From Bilabrum cf. latius (lineage: Eukaryota): DNA of 64,000 nt. The stretch spans positions 434,001 through 498,000 of the forward strand of contig OZ237760.1 in the NCBI GenBank assembly GCA_965178125.1, written 5' to 3'. Shown here in pieces: positions 1-11,117 of the stretch (positions within the stretch are counted from its first letter, which is position 1; each line of letters begins with the position of its first letter). Made by a program: the position numbers and the translations under genes. The notes beneath the pieces were generated by a model. The model was not told where the DNA came from. It did no database searches and saw only the letters and a program-made list of their open reading frames with translations.

Positions 1-2771
1 CTCAAGGCCCGCCTGCCGACGTCTATGCACCGGGTGTACTGCTTGAGCTCCCAATGAAGCAGGCACTCGTTGACTGCCAGTTCCTGGCCAGAGATGCCCT
101 GTTCCACAGCGCCCTGTATGCGAAGAAGGGCACTCTGAGGGGATCCTTCCTGCAGCCTGTCCTGTGCCTTGTCCAATAGCTGGCCGAGCGGGCTGCCTTG
201 TGGGCCAGCGGCAGCTTTAAAGTCAGAGCTACTATCTGCTGCTGCACTACCGGACTTGCCAAATGGAGAGCTCCGCGGCTTCTCCCCAAACACACTAGCG
301 GTCTTTTTTGACTTTTTTCTGAAAACTCGCTTCGGCTTCGGCTTGCCCTAAGCAGAGCCATTAGGAGCATCAGGAAATGGAGTGCCAACACCCGTCGACT
401 GCCCGCCAGAGCTGCCCCAAACGTCCTGCGCTGCTGAGCTCCCTGATGCATCCCCAAAGCCAGCTGCCATAGGCGCCCCAAACGCATCCACACCTCCACC
501 ACTGACACTGCCAGTCCCCGCACCCACACCCGCACCCGTCGACGGCTGCCCGCCCGAGCTGCCCCAAACGTCCTGCGCTGCCGAGCTGCCTGATGCATCC
601 CCAAAGCCAGCTGCCATAGGCGCCCCAAACGCATCCACACCTCCACCACTGACACTGCCAGTCCCCGCGCCCGTCGACGGCTGCCCGCCCGAGCTGCCCC
701 AAACGTTCTGCGCTGCCGAGCTGCCTGACGCATCCCCAAAGCCAGCTGCCATAGGCGCCCCAAACGCATCCACACCTCCACCACTGACACTGCCAGTCCC
801 CGCACCCACACCCGCACCCGTCGACTGCTGCCCGCCCGAGCTGCCCCAAACGTCCTGCGCTGCCGAGCTGCCTGACGCATCCCCAAAGCCAGCTGCCATA
901 GGCGCCCCAAACGCATCCACACCTCCACCACTGACACTGCCAGTCCCCGCGCCCGTCGACTGCCCGCCCGAGCTGCCCCAAACGTCCTGCGCTGCCGAGC
1001 TGCCTGACGCATCCCCAAAGCCAGCTGCCATAGGCGCCCCAAACGCATCCACACCTCCACCACTGACACTGCCAGTCCCCGCACCCGCACCGGCACTCAC
1101 ACCCGCACCCGTCGACGGCTGCCCGCCAGAGCTGCCCCAAACGTCCTGCGCTGCCGAGCTGCCTGACGCATCCCCGAAGCCAGCTGCCATAGACGCCCCA
1201 AACGCATCCACACCTCCACCACTGACACTGCCAGTCCCCGCGCCCGCACCCGCGCCCGTCGACTGCTGCCCGCCAGAGCTGCCCCAAACGTCCTGCGCTG
1301 CCGAGCTGCCTGACGCATCCCCGAAGCCAGCTGCCATAGACGCCCCAAACCCATCCGCACCCCCACCACTGACACTGCCAGTCCCCGCACCCGCACCCGC
1401 ACCCGTCGACTGCTGCCCGCCCGAGCTGCCCCAAACGTCCTGCGCTGCCGAGCTGCCTGACGCATCCCCAAAGCCAGCTGCCATAGGCGCCCCAAACGCA
1501 TCCACACCTCCACCACTGACACTGCCAGTCCCCGCACCCACACCCGCACCCGTCGACGGCTGCCCGCCCGAGCTGCCCCAAACGTCCTGCGCTGCCGAGC
1601 TGCCTGACGCATCCCCAAAGCCAGCTGCCATAGGCGCCCCAAACGCATCCACACCTCCACCACTGACACTGCCAGTCCCCGCACCCACACCTGCACCCGT
1701 CGACTGCTGCCCGCCCGAGCTGCCCCAAACGTCCTGCGCTGCCGAGCTGCCTGACGCATCCCCAAAGCCAGCTGCCATAGACGCCCCAAACGCATCCACA
1801 CCTCCACCACTGACACTGCCAGTCCCCGCACCCGCACCGGCACTCACACCCGCACCCGTCGACGGCTGCCCGCCCGAGCTGCCCCAAACGTCCTGCGCTG
1901 CCGAGCTGCCTGACGCATCCCCGAAGCCAGCTGCCATAGACGCCCCAAACGCATCCACACCTCCACCACTGACACTGCCAGTCCCCGCGCCCGCACCCGC
2001 GCCCGTCGACTGCTGCCCGCCCGAGCTGCCCCAAACGTCCTGCGCTGCCGAGCTGCCTGACGCATCCCCAAAGCCAGCTGCCATAGGCGCCCCAAACCCA
2101 TCCGCACCCCCACCACTGACACTGCCAGTCCCCGCGCCCGCACCCGCACCCGTCCATTGCTGCCCGCCAGAGCTGCCCCAAACGTCCTGCGCTGCCGAGC
2201 TGCCTGACGCATCCCCAAAGCCAGCTGCCATAGGCGCCCCAAACGCATCCACACCCCCACCACTGACACTGCCAGTCCCCGCACCCACACCCGCACCCGT
2301 CCATTGCTGCCCGCCCGAGCTGCCCCAAACGTCCTGCGCTGCCGAGCTGCCTGACGCATCCCCAAAGCCAGCTGCCATAGGCGCCCCAAACGCATCCGCA
2401 CCTCCACCACTGACACTGCCAGTCCCCGCACCCGCACCGGCACTCACACTCGCACCCGTCGTCGGTAATTGGGCCGAGGGGCCATGCAGGTTCTGATCCG
2501 TTTTGGTTCTAAACGCCTCGCTTGCCAGAAACCCAGAGCCAAGTGAGTCAACTTCTTGAGCGGAAGATATGACATCTGGTTGACTGTCGGCTGCTCTATG
2601 AACGGTGAACACAGCTGCTGAAGCAGTTCCTTGCTATGATACATCTCCATTCATGTGACGACCAAGTCCCAGGGTACCACTTGAGAAACTATAGCAGCTG
2701 GTGGGTACATCTACCTTCTTCATTGTCTTTCGCCGTTTGTTTCGCTTTTCTCGCTCTGCCCCAAATTGCAT
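1..2771 (-). CDS. Partial gene (3' end off-window): large low-complexity repeat region followed by a probable TPR-like helical domain
   Basis: ORF 348..2612 extends through TAG at both ends: upstream to ATG 2771 (MQFGAEREKR...; true start uncertain) and downstream past TAG 348-350 to the window edge (...LGQLLDKAQDRLQEGSPQSALLRIQGAVEQG...LAVNECLLHWELKQYTRCIDVGRRAL), with no TAA/TGA. Confidence 0.7.
392..2460 (-). repeat. Coding tandem repeat, 14 copies of a ~147-bp (about 44-53 aa) unit TGSVSGGGVDAFGAPMAAGFGDASGSSAAQDVWGSSGGQQSTGAGVGAG
   Basis: Directly visible near-identical units; the Q(D/N)VWG motif occurs 14 times; all length variants are multiples of 3. Confidence 0.95.
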
Positions 2772-3012
2772 TCCTCGCTCAATCCGCTTATCGCACAAAT
2801 AACAATGGGATTTTAGCTTAGTCCAACGTGAAGCCCTTCAACGTAATTACAATAATTCGTATATGCCAAGGTTCAAGGGCATCAAAAGCATACAGGACGT
2901 GCTTTACCTGTACTGAATTCGAACTGTGTGTTGCGACCAGATGTGACGAGTTGCGGCACTGGTTGCGACCGCGAATTCGACCAACGCTCACTCAACTATT
3001 CATTGCCATAAA

Positions 3013-6000
3013 ATGCACGCATCAGCTGCAATCCTTTTTGGGCTCAATTTATTTGGAGTTATAGGTGCATTAGATCAGTGTGGGCCGATTATTGCCAGGC
3101 TGTCTCCTGCCAACGTCCTGAACCAGCTCCTTTGTGAAGATGAGCCTTTGCTCGAGCTGCTCTCTCAAGCTACCGGGAAGTAGATTTTCATACCGCTCCA
3201 AAGGTTCCATGCGTTACGACCTCCATGTAACGAATCTATGGTAGTGAGACCCCTGCTACAAGGCTGCTCGATTTGCGAAGAGGTAGGCGGTTGGACTTCT
3301 GCTCACACTGCAACTGAAGCAGCTTAGAACTGCGTAGCGGCTCAATCAACGCCAGCTATGCACGTAATACCTGCACTTGGGCACAACTTAGACTAGGTGA
3401 GCCAGCCCCACTAGATAACGTAGTCAGTGGATGGTATTGAGACAATCAGCAGGACCGAGCAGCGGCCAGTTGCAGTTGCTCAAACTCGCTTTGTTGACCG
3501 GCTTGAGTTTGAGATCAAGGCTTCAAGTGGAAGTCGGTAGATCATTGAGACTGATAAGCTAACTCCGGACCGACGGAATTCGACGGGGCTTATTCAGCGT
3601 GCTGAGGATTCGGCGATACAGAAATATGCTCGCTCCCAAGCATCTGCTCCGAACGTGACGTAGGCAGTCCAGACTTCCAAGGCACTTACAGATCGAGGCG
3701 AGTAGGACTTTTCGTTAGATTCTAGAGGTAGCAGTGTTGCGCCTGTCCAGTTTAACGACAGCACTGATGCTGAATTGGAAGCAGAGCCTGCAATGACAGA
3801 GCCGAACCAACCGATCTCGGCCACGCCCGAGCCAGTCCACGTGCGTCTCGATGAGCAGCAGCTGCGTACCCTGAGCCAGATTCCATCCACTTGGGCTCTT
3901 TGGCTTGTCGTAGTTTGTAGCATTGCTGCGATATCAGCGCAGTCCCTGTGGTCGAAGGAGCCGCTCTTCGGTCTGCTGAAATCAGCTGGCTATACGGATG
4001 GAGCCACTGCAGGACTTAGCTCCAGAGAGGGAGATACATCGGAGAAAACTGCACATCGTATTATCGCCAAAGGTGAAACTGATCCTGCTGAGGATCCATC
4101 AATAGTCGCCCCATCGGACCGAGCATACGACTCTGACAAGCATCCTGCGCCTGGTGCCGAGCCACAGCGAGCTGCTAGTGCGCTCGTGTCAAGCAAAGAG
4201 GACGACCCAAGCTCATTGCTACTATCGAGCACATTCCAATGCGTCCAGCAGCCCCGTACAGGAGGATCCTGGATCCGGATGAAGAGGCTGCAACGTGAAT
4301 CCGGAGTGCTATCCGCCATGCTGTCCCAGCAGGCACATCGTGACCCGCGGAGGTCTCGCTCAGCTGAGAGAGCTGTCCCCCACTAGATCAAAGTCCATGA
4401 TAGCGGTCCAATCCGATCCAAGTCTGAGGATGACATTCGGAGGGGAACCGGAGCAATGCATGCTGGCTCCGATGACGGATGCGATGAGCTGCACCAAGGC
4501 GTGAATCCTCTCTTCTCCGGGAGCAGCGGCACAGGTGGCACTGACAAACGGGGGGCCACAAGCGATACGCTTGCCGGTGGCAGCAGGGCGTCAATTCGGG
4601 CGAGGCTGCTCCGCGAGGGCAAGGCAGTCGACGCCAGGAAACTGGGAGCCGCTGGATCGGCAGGTGCTGCTGGCGCAGGCAGCACCTCGCCGGCAAAGCA
4701 GCGCACCATGACGCAGGCACAGAAGAGGGCCCAGCTACTGGCCACCAGCGCTGCAGCTGCTGTTCACAAGCTGCACATCCGGGGCCCCGGTGAAGCGGTG
4801 GGTACCAAGCGATTCACCAAATCATCCAGGAGACCGATCGGCCACGGGCAGCGCCTGCCCAGCGTGCAGGAGCGCGAGAGGAGGACGAGCGAGAGCGTGC
4901 TGATGAACACAGAGGACGAGCCCATGGCAGATGTTGATCCCAGGCTGAAGCATCTTGCCTTTGCGGCGGGCCACTGCGACCCGAGGGCTCGGCTTGGCCC
5001 TGCCTCTCACTCGCCGCCGCCACCTCCTCCGCCACCGAAGCCCCAGTCGCCCGGTGACTCGCTGCTCACGGTCAACGCCATGTTCAGCCACTCCATGCAA
5101 GACCAGATGCGGCGACCTGGTGCAAGTGCCACGAGCGGCATGGAAGCTTGGCCAAGCAGCACCCAGGGTGGTGGGTCCGGTCCTGGTGCAGGCATGTTTG
5201 CCTGCACCAATCCGGCGCAACGGCTCGGATCGGCTCCAACTCCGGGTCGCCAAATGCACCAGACCGAGTCTTACTAGACGAAGGAGGATGCATAGCACTA
5301 CCAGTACCCTAGTCAGCCGCAGTAGTACGCTGTGCAGCACCAACCAGCGCGACCGGGTCGACCAGCGCGACCGGGTCGACCGGGCCGGCCAGGCCGGCCA
5401 CCTGTTGGCGCGGGCCCAGTGCAGGCAAGGCCCGGAAGACCCATGCAGGCCCCGCCGGGCACACGGCCAGCGCGTCCTGGGCGCCCCGGTTCGCAGCCCC
5501 GAGCTGGCCCAGGACCCGCAGCCAGGCCTGGCCCTGCTGGCGCCAGACCCAGGCCCAGGCCTTCACCGAGCGCCGCAGCCGCCATCCGACCCAGACCAGG
5601 AGGACCCAGGCCTCGACCACGACCGAGGCCTCGGCCGGCAGGCATAGCACGCCCTCGCCCCGGTATGGTCAGCGCCAAGAAGCCCAAGAAGAAGCGGCCT
5701 GGCGAGGTCAAGCGCAGGGTGAGGTGGGAGCCTGTCAGGAGGCAGAGCTCTGCCACCCCGAAGGCAGCGAGGGTGGAGAGCGGCAGCGATGCCGAGCACG
5801 GGGCGTTCTGGCACAACCTTCCGCCTGCACCGGAGCTTGCTGACGGCAAGGCTGCGGCTGATGGTACGGAAAGAGGCAACTAGGGCGATCAGGCATCCGC
5901 CAAGAAGCCCGATTTTGTGTCAAAGGCGCCACCTGCCATGGCCTCGCCAGGCCCCAAGTCCCAGGCAAGCACGCCAGAGAAGGTGCTCGGCGAGCTCGCA

Positions 6001-7464
6001 GACTTGAGCTCGTTCAGAAAGCTATTCGTCAAGACGACCAAGCCCAGGGGTAAGAAGGGCCAGGCATCGGGGGCCAGCAGAGGCTCCAAGTCCAGCAAGG
6101 CGGCCGCCGACTCAGCGATAGATGCAACGGGCAACGAGAGCGACGGTTCAGAGGACTCCAGTGGCAAGTCCAAGAAGAGCAAGAAGGTGCAGCTGCTTGC
6201 CTACCAGCGTGCCATGAACTGCGGCATCGCATTCGCGAAGCTCAAGGCACCGTTGCAGACAGTCTTGCAGGCAGTACGACTGCTGACTCCCAAGCGATCC
6301 ACACTCGGTGCTGAGCCTACAACAGCCGGTGAAACAAGTCCCAAGGGATCGTCATCACCCCCTCACAGACCAGCGTCGAGCGGCGCCGGCCAGTCGCTGA
6401 CCCCAAGATCCGACGGAGCTGCGCTTGTCGAGGGCGGCTCGGCCGTGGCTGCTGTCGCGCCTATTCCCGAACAGGATTGCGTACTGTGCCCCGAGGCGCT
6501 CCTTCTGCTGCAGGAACAGCTTGTGCCGCAGTCGGACGAGGTCGGCGTGATCCAGGGATACAAGGGAGACCCCGAGGACCTAGGCGGGGTCGAGAGGCTC
6601 TTCCGAGGCATGCTGCGGATCGGCAGCCCGGGGCCCAGGACCAGGGCGCTCGTGTTCCGGCAGGAATTGCACGGCAGGCTGGTGTCTCTTGTGGAGGATG
6701 CCGTTGCGGTGCAGAGCGCCGTGACCGCCATCAAGACATCCACGCGGCTCAGGGACTTTCTGCACGCAGCACTGCTGGTCGGTAATGCCATGAACGACAC
6801 GTCAGCCGAGGAAGTCGCGGGGTTTGCCCTCTCTAGCCTCCCCATGCTGGCCGAGACTAAGGCATACGACGGCAAGACCACCGCCCTTGACTTTGTCGTG
6901 CAGACCCTCTGCCGAAACGGGAAGAGAGACGGCGCGGCCTTTTTGTCAGACATCGATGCGGCCTGCTCCGTTGCGATGCGGGCGCCCCTGCCGCAGATGC
7001 AGGAGGATCTGACGGCAGTGACAAACAGCAAGAAGCAGTTTGACGGCGCGGTGAAGCTCCTGCTTAAGGATGCGGCTGAGGGTGCTGGGAGTGGAGGTCC
7101 GGTGGAGGGGGCGGGTGGCACCAGTGCCAGTGGCTCCAGTGCAGCAGGGGCTGCTCCTCCCGAGGCCGCGGGCGTCGTGACTGCTGCCAAAGATGCAACT
7201 TCATTCCAGAGGAGCGCTGCTAGCGCGATAGAAGCCGTGAAGGAAAGGGTGCTAACATCATAGTCGTCGTACGCGAAGATGCTGGACTACTTCGGGGAGC
7301 CGCAGTCGGCGCGCCTTGCTTCGGATGAGTTCTTCCGGCTTATCCTGCACTGCGGGCGTGCTGCCAAGGCATCCTTAGACAAGCATGATAGGGCGGTCAA
7401 GAGCTCGGAGGCCATCAAGTCCAGGATCAAGAGGACGCGCAGCAGGTCCAGAGTGGGGCTGTGA
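3013..7464 (+). CDS. Formin (FH1-FH2) with N-terminal signal-peptide-like segment and a transmembrane helix, 1483 aa
   Basis: Single frame from ATG 3013 to TGA 7462-7464 with 14 in-frame TAG and no TAA/TGA. FH2 motifs RRVRWEPV, LLAYQRAMNCGIAFAKLK, LLVGNAMND, GFALSSLPMLAETK, YFGEP...EFF; poly-Pro and RP-rich FH1; hydrophobic WALWLVVVCSIAAISA. Confidence 0.9.
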
Positions 7465-7713
7465 AGGCGCGCTTGCTGGAGGGGGGGAGAGCCGTTGCTT
7501 TCGTTACTGATATTGTGAATCATTTTGATGTGCATGCCGTGTACCAATACGTAAATATGCATGAAAGAAATCTGTGTTCTTGCTGCCACGACGATTACTC
7601 GGTTTCCGGGACTGTTCTTGCCGCGTGCGAAGAAGGATCCGATCGGATTACGGCCACTGCTTGGTTGAGCGGCTCCTGCGTTCGGGACCCGGCAGAAACA
7701 AAACAAGCAAGCC

Positions 7714-9380
7714 ATGGCTTCGGCAGCTTCCGCGAGGAGAAAACTAATGGATATGAGGAAGATGTAAGAGCTCTTTTTGAGATTGCCCCGATTGCATGCC
7801 CAGCTAGTGACTGCTACGAGCTTGCCGAAGCGACAGCCTCATCAAAGCGTATCCTGGCTCGTCCTGCGTTGTCCTTCTTGTGCAGACGACGTGCCGGATT
7901 CCAAGTATGGCAACAAGAATCCTGCATAAATGAAGCAATAGTGTTGATGCATGGACCGCGAGAAAGTAAGATCTGTGTTGTGAAAGAGTGCCGGCAGAAG
8001 CCAGCAACGCACATAGTTATAGAGTTTGTCTCACGTACGAAGTACGGCACTTCAAGATATTTTCTCGTGTCCGACCTATATTCATTGTATTTTGTGTCCG
8101 TTCTGAATCTTAAACAAGGATTTTGTCCGAAATGTTGGCAGATACTGTGAAAGGAAGACAAGCAGGAAAGTTTCTGAGGTCATTGTATTCTCTTCTGGTA
8201 GGTTTCTTTTTGCCTGCTCGCTATGCGCAGCTCCATATGAAAATGGAGTATTTCTCTTAAAAGTATCTTTGCCATCCGAGTATCCATTCAAGAGTCCATC
8301 GTGAGAAAATGACCCAACTGCAACTGCCGACGGCGTTCGATTTCTGATGCCTTTCATGTATGATCAGCGCCAGGCTGTTCTGATTCGATCACCATCTGCT
8401 CTCAATTTTGCAGGATTGGCTTCCTCACGCGCTGCTTGCACGTGAATGTGGATTTGCGATCTGGGTCGATTTGCTTGGACGTCATCAACCAGAGGTGGAC
8501 GCCACTCCAGGACCTTTCTAGCGTGTTTCAACTCCTAATCCCGCAACTACTTACATATGGTAATGCTGCAGACCCATTGAATCCCGAAGCAGCCGGCTTG
8601 CAACGAGCAGACCCGAAGCGATTCGTGCTGGAGGTGCGAGAGATGGTGCGGTAGCACGCAACTCCAGCCAAGGCAGTCCAAACCCTGAAATCCATGGGAT
8701 TTGAGGCATCCATCGACTAGATCCAGATGCCAGACACAAAAAAAGAACAGACCAAGAAAAAGGGAGGCGCAGGAGCCGCAGGGGCGAGCAGCGGTACCAC
8801 CTCGGGGCCAGGTGCAGGTGCCCGCGGCCCCTCATCGTCAGCTGCCTCAACAGCCCCGATGGCTGCACCTGCGGAAGCAGAGAGGGCACGTGGCGGGAGC
8901 ATTGTCTCTTCTTCCGCTTCAAGCAGCCGCCCCTCAAGCGCATCCAGCTCGTCACACGGTGATGGCGGCGAGACGCTCTCCAGGGCCAGTCCAGGGAGTG
9001 ATGGTGGGCGACTCTCCATCGGAGGTTCACCAGCCTCCTCCTCTGTCCCTGGGCCAAGCAGTGGTGCTGGTGGGGCCGGTGGATCTGCTCTGGTCCCAAG
9101 CATGCCCATGGAGGGCGGTGCTGGCGTCGCTGGCACGGTGGGAGCGGGTGAGACCGATGGGATCGAGGAAGGCGGTGCTGGCGTGTTTGGAGTCACGGGC
9201 AGCAGTGCAGGGAGGCCCGGGACCAAAGGGGTGGCGGGGGCAGTCAGCGGCTCTGTCGCGATGGAGGGAGAGGGGGGCGATTTCGGCGAGCTGTCGAGCG
9301 ACGACGATGAGCTGGCCGATCAAGACCTCGAATACGACGAGGAGGGCATGAGCCAAGTCTCCGAGATGAGCAACTTGTGA
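7714..9380 (+). CDS. UBE2H: Ubiquitin-conjugating enzyme E2, UBE2H/Ubc8 type, with long low-complexity acidic tail
   Basis: Exons 7714-7763, 7886-7965, 8231-8300, 8414-9380 with phase-consistent GT-AG introns give HGPRETPYENG...YPFKSPSIGF...HVNVDLRSGSICLDVINQRW...DPLN. TAG at 8652 and 8718 read as Gln; ends TGA. Confidence 0.9.
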
Positions 9381-9653
9381 TGCTTACTCATCAGTGAATT
9401 GCACAGAACACCCAGAAACGTTTCGTTGCACGCGCTGCCTGGCCGCACCAGGCTGTGTGGCTCCGGGTGCACCAACATTGCGAGGTAGCTCATTCATTTG
9501 GGCCAGCACTTGGCAACAACTGGAGCTCATCCAGGGGCTTGTTTTAACTACACTGACTTGCCACTGCCAGGTCTCTTATCCGATAGACGAGGAGAGCGTG
9601 ACACCCAAAGGGGAATCTATTGCGACATTGCGGGGAAACGATCTGGCTGACAG

Positions 9654-11003
9654 ATGAGGAGTGCAGTCGCGGTTTGTAGCTTATTTGCTGGGATTGGTTA
9701 TGCCTAGGACGGATTTTTGCCTGGTGTGACTGGCTCGCCAGACTTTTGGTGCCCGGTAATCAACCTGGGCTCATCTCCACCAACGACTGGAGACGACAAG
9801 TAGGTTCCGCGCGATGGCACTTTCGTGGACTTGGCAGATCCCTCAGCCATTGCAGTCCTGCATGTTCCTGGCCATGAGGAACGCAAGCGTGCCTTCATTC
9901 GAAGAACGAGGGAACCGGGTTGGGAGGCGTCCCGGTTGGGATTCGTGAATGGCACCAATGCTTTCGACCCCGCTGAGCACGACCGAATGCTGGATAATAC
10001 CGATGTTTTTAGCTAGTATTCAATGCTTCGAACCCATTACGCATCGTGCATGTCTGCGGGAGACATTGATAGCTTAGGAGCAGTCGGCTCAGGACTGGGC
10101 CACCGGACGGTTTGGCAATCATTCCTGCTGGGGCGCCTGCCTGGAATGAACGGGAGAAAGCCGGGCGAGGACGGAGCTCCCGATTGGGTCTTGATTCTCG
10201 AGGACGACGCCCTGTTCGTCCCTGGGTACCTCGAGAAGGCGAGGAGGTTCTCGGACGGCCTGCGTAAGCGCGGTGTGACGACTAAGGACTTCGACATGCT
10301 GGTCCTGGGCTGGGGGAACAAAGACGCAGAAATCGAGTCGAGGACTGTGGGGCCCCACAGCGACGGCGTGGAGCGAATGTGCCAGCGCTGGTGGGGCCTT
10401 CATGCGTACGTTCTCAGCAAGCGAGGGGCCGAGAGACTGTGGAGGGAACACACGGGCATGGACCCTGCTGAGGCATGGAAGGGGGTGGACACAGCTGCGG
10501 GTGCTGATCCGATCTATCGGTACACGGGGCTATTCATCGCGTTCCTAAACGCGGTCAAGCCCGACTTTGTGGTGTTCAAGCCACCCAAGGCGATCATCAA
10601 TCAGAAGGGCAGCAGCAAGATACACCACTTCATGTCCGAATGCTGGACGGCGAACTGTATCCTTCTGAAGCTGCCCGAATCCATCCTGTGGGTGGTGTTG
10701 CTGTGGTCCGTGGTGACCGTGCCCCTGGCGGCTTTCTGCGCCTTGAGGCGAGGCGCATGCAGCGGCACACCGCAGGGGGCGAGCACTGGGGGTGTGCCCC
10801 CACCCTCCCCTTCTTGCCTCGGGGGGCTGCTTGGCTTCTTGGGAATCGACAGCAGGGCGCGGCCGGCAAGACCTGCGAATGGAGGTGCCGGCGGTAGGGC
10901 CGCAGCTCGGTTGGCCCTGGAACCGAGTGCAGGTGGTCTGGAACTGGCTGGGTCTGCTGGCAGGCGAGCTGTTGCAGACGACCGTGGCAGTGATTCGGCT
11001 TGA
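9654..11003 (+). CDS. Glycosyltransferase family 25-like protein with signal peptide and C-terminal TM helix, 449 aa
   Basis: ATG 9654 (MRSAVAVCSLFAGIGYA-TAG-DG); TAG at 9705, 9801 and 10014 join ORFs 9825 and 10023. Motifs VLILEDDA and GLHAYVLSKRGAERL; ends TGA. Confidence 0.75.
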
Positions 11004-11117
11004 GGCGCGCTTGGGCTTGAAGGATACACTGAATAGACATGCACATTTCACTTTGACATGAACTCCTGCACCCGATCCAAACGTCATCACCGCGATACCA
11101 AGAAATGCCGGATCGGA

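Noticed and set aside
392-2460. CRISPR array, or Cys/Trp-rich and Pro-rich proteins in alternative frames (370..2328, 382..2496)
   Set aside because: No unique spacers. Alternative frames are open only because the repeat lacks stops; only the Gly/Ala/Ser frame continues into unique coding sequence on both sides.
7461-8150. 229-aa ORF
   Set aside because: Runs through intergenic DNA and UBE2H introns; only the exon-2 portion is real.
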